This document shows positions 60,256-60,449 of a stretch of DNA of 60,449 bases, one piece after another. Below the pieces are notes generated by a model. It saw only the letters and a program-made list of their open reading frames with translations, did not search any database and was not told where the DNA came from. The position numbers and the translations under genes were made by a program. Each line of letters begins with the position of its first letter. Within the stretch, counting starts at the first letter, position 1. The stretch comes from a virus. Its lineage: Duplodnaviria; Caudoviricetes. The stretch covers positions 1 through 60,449 of IMG/VR virus record IMGVR_UViG_3300037247_000601, one strand, 5' to 3'.

Positions 60256-60449
60256 CCCAGCGCAGCGGGAAGTTCACCAGGGGGCCGTGTGTATTCGACG
60301 ATATCTCGCGACCGAATGAAACCGATGGTCTTGGATATATCTACACCGCCGACCGGGGCTGTGGTGGACCAACTCTCGCCCACACAGGTGACAGCGACCT
60401 GCCCGCAGCGGAAAACCGCGCCAACGCCGCGCTATACGCCGCCGCCCAC
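60252..60449 (+). CDS. 5' part of hypothetical protein continuing across the circular join
   Basis: AAGGAG SD; open to the window end and continues to 331. Confidence 0.7.
   Translation, partial: MTQRSGKFTRGPCVFDDISRPNETDGLGYIYTADRGCGGPTLAHTGDSDLPAAENRANAALYAAAH
60323..60449. repeat. Terminal direct repeat (identical to 1-127)
   Basis: Exact identity. Confidence 0.95.

Overview
The window is a complete, circularly assembled tailed-phage genome of about 60.3 kb; bases 1-127 recur exactly at 60323-60449. It has P22-like podovirus virion genes: TerS/TerL, portal, scaffold, P22-type coat, gp4- and gp10-like tail proteins, ejection proteins and a tail fibre. GcrA-like genes and a DUF6362-like gene point to an alphaproteobacterial host (inference). 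The layout is lambdoid. A divergent control region near 58.2 kb drives a + strand early arm (many small ORFs, RecT, HNH) and a - strand arm (Cro-like, RusA, methyltransferases, intein-containing DnaB, initiator, late regulator, virion genes, lysis). The two arms converge near 7.8 kb. I found no integrase, full-length CI, parA/parB, tRNA, reverse transcriptase or CRISPR array. The main observations are: (1) a small twin-arginine-leader protein built from two fragments of the major capsid protein; (2) a perfect parS inside a virion gene, plus a Xer/dif-like site at the arm convergence, in a phage with no integrase or partition genes; (3) several highly structured candidate RNAs and repeat-linked mini-gene arrays; (4) a dual-frame C5 methyltransferase; (5) a glycosyltransferase/methyltransferase cassette in the head module; (6) a lipase in the lysis cassette. 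All product calls come from motif recognition by eye, not from database searches.
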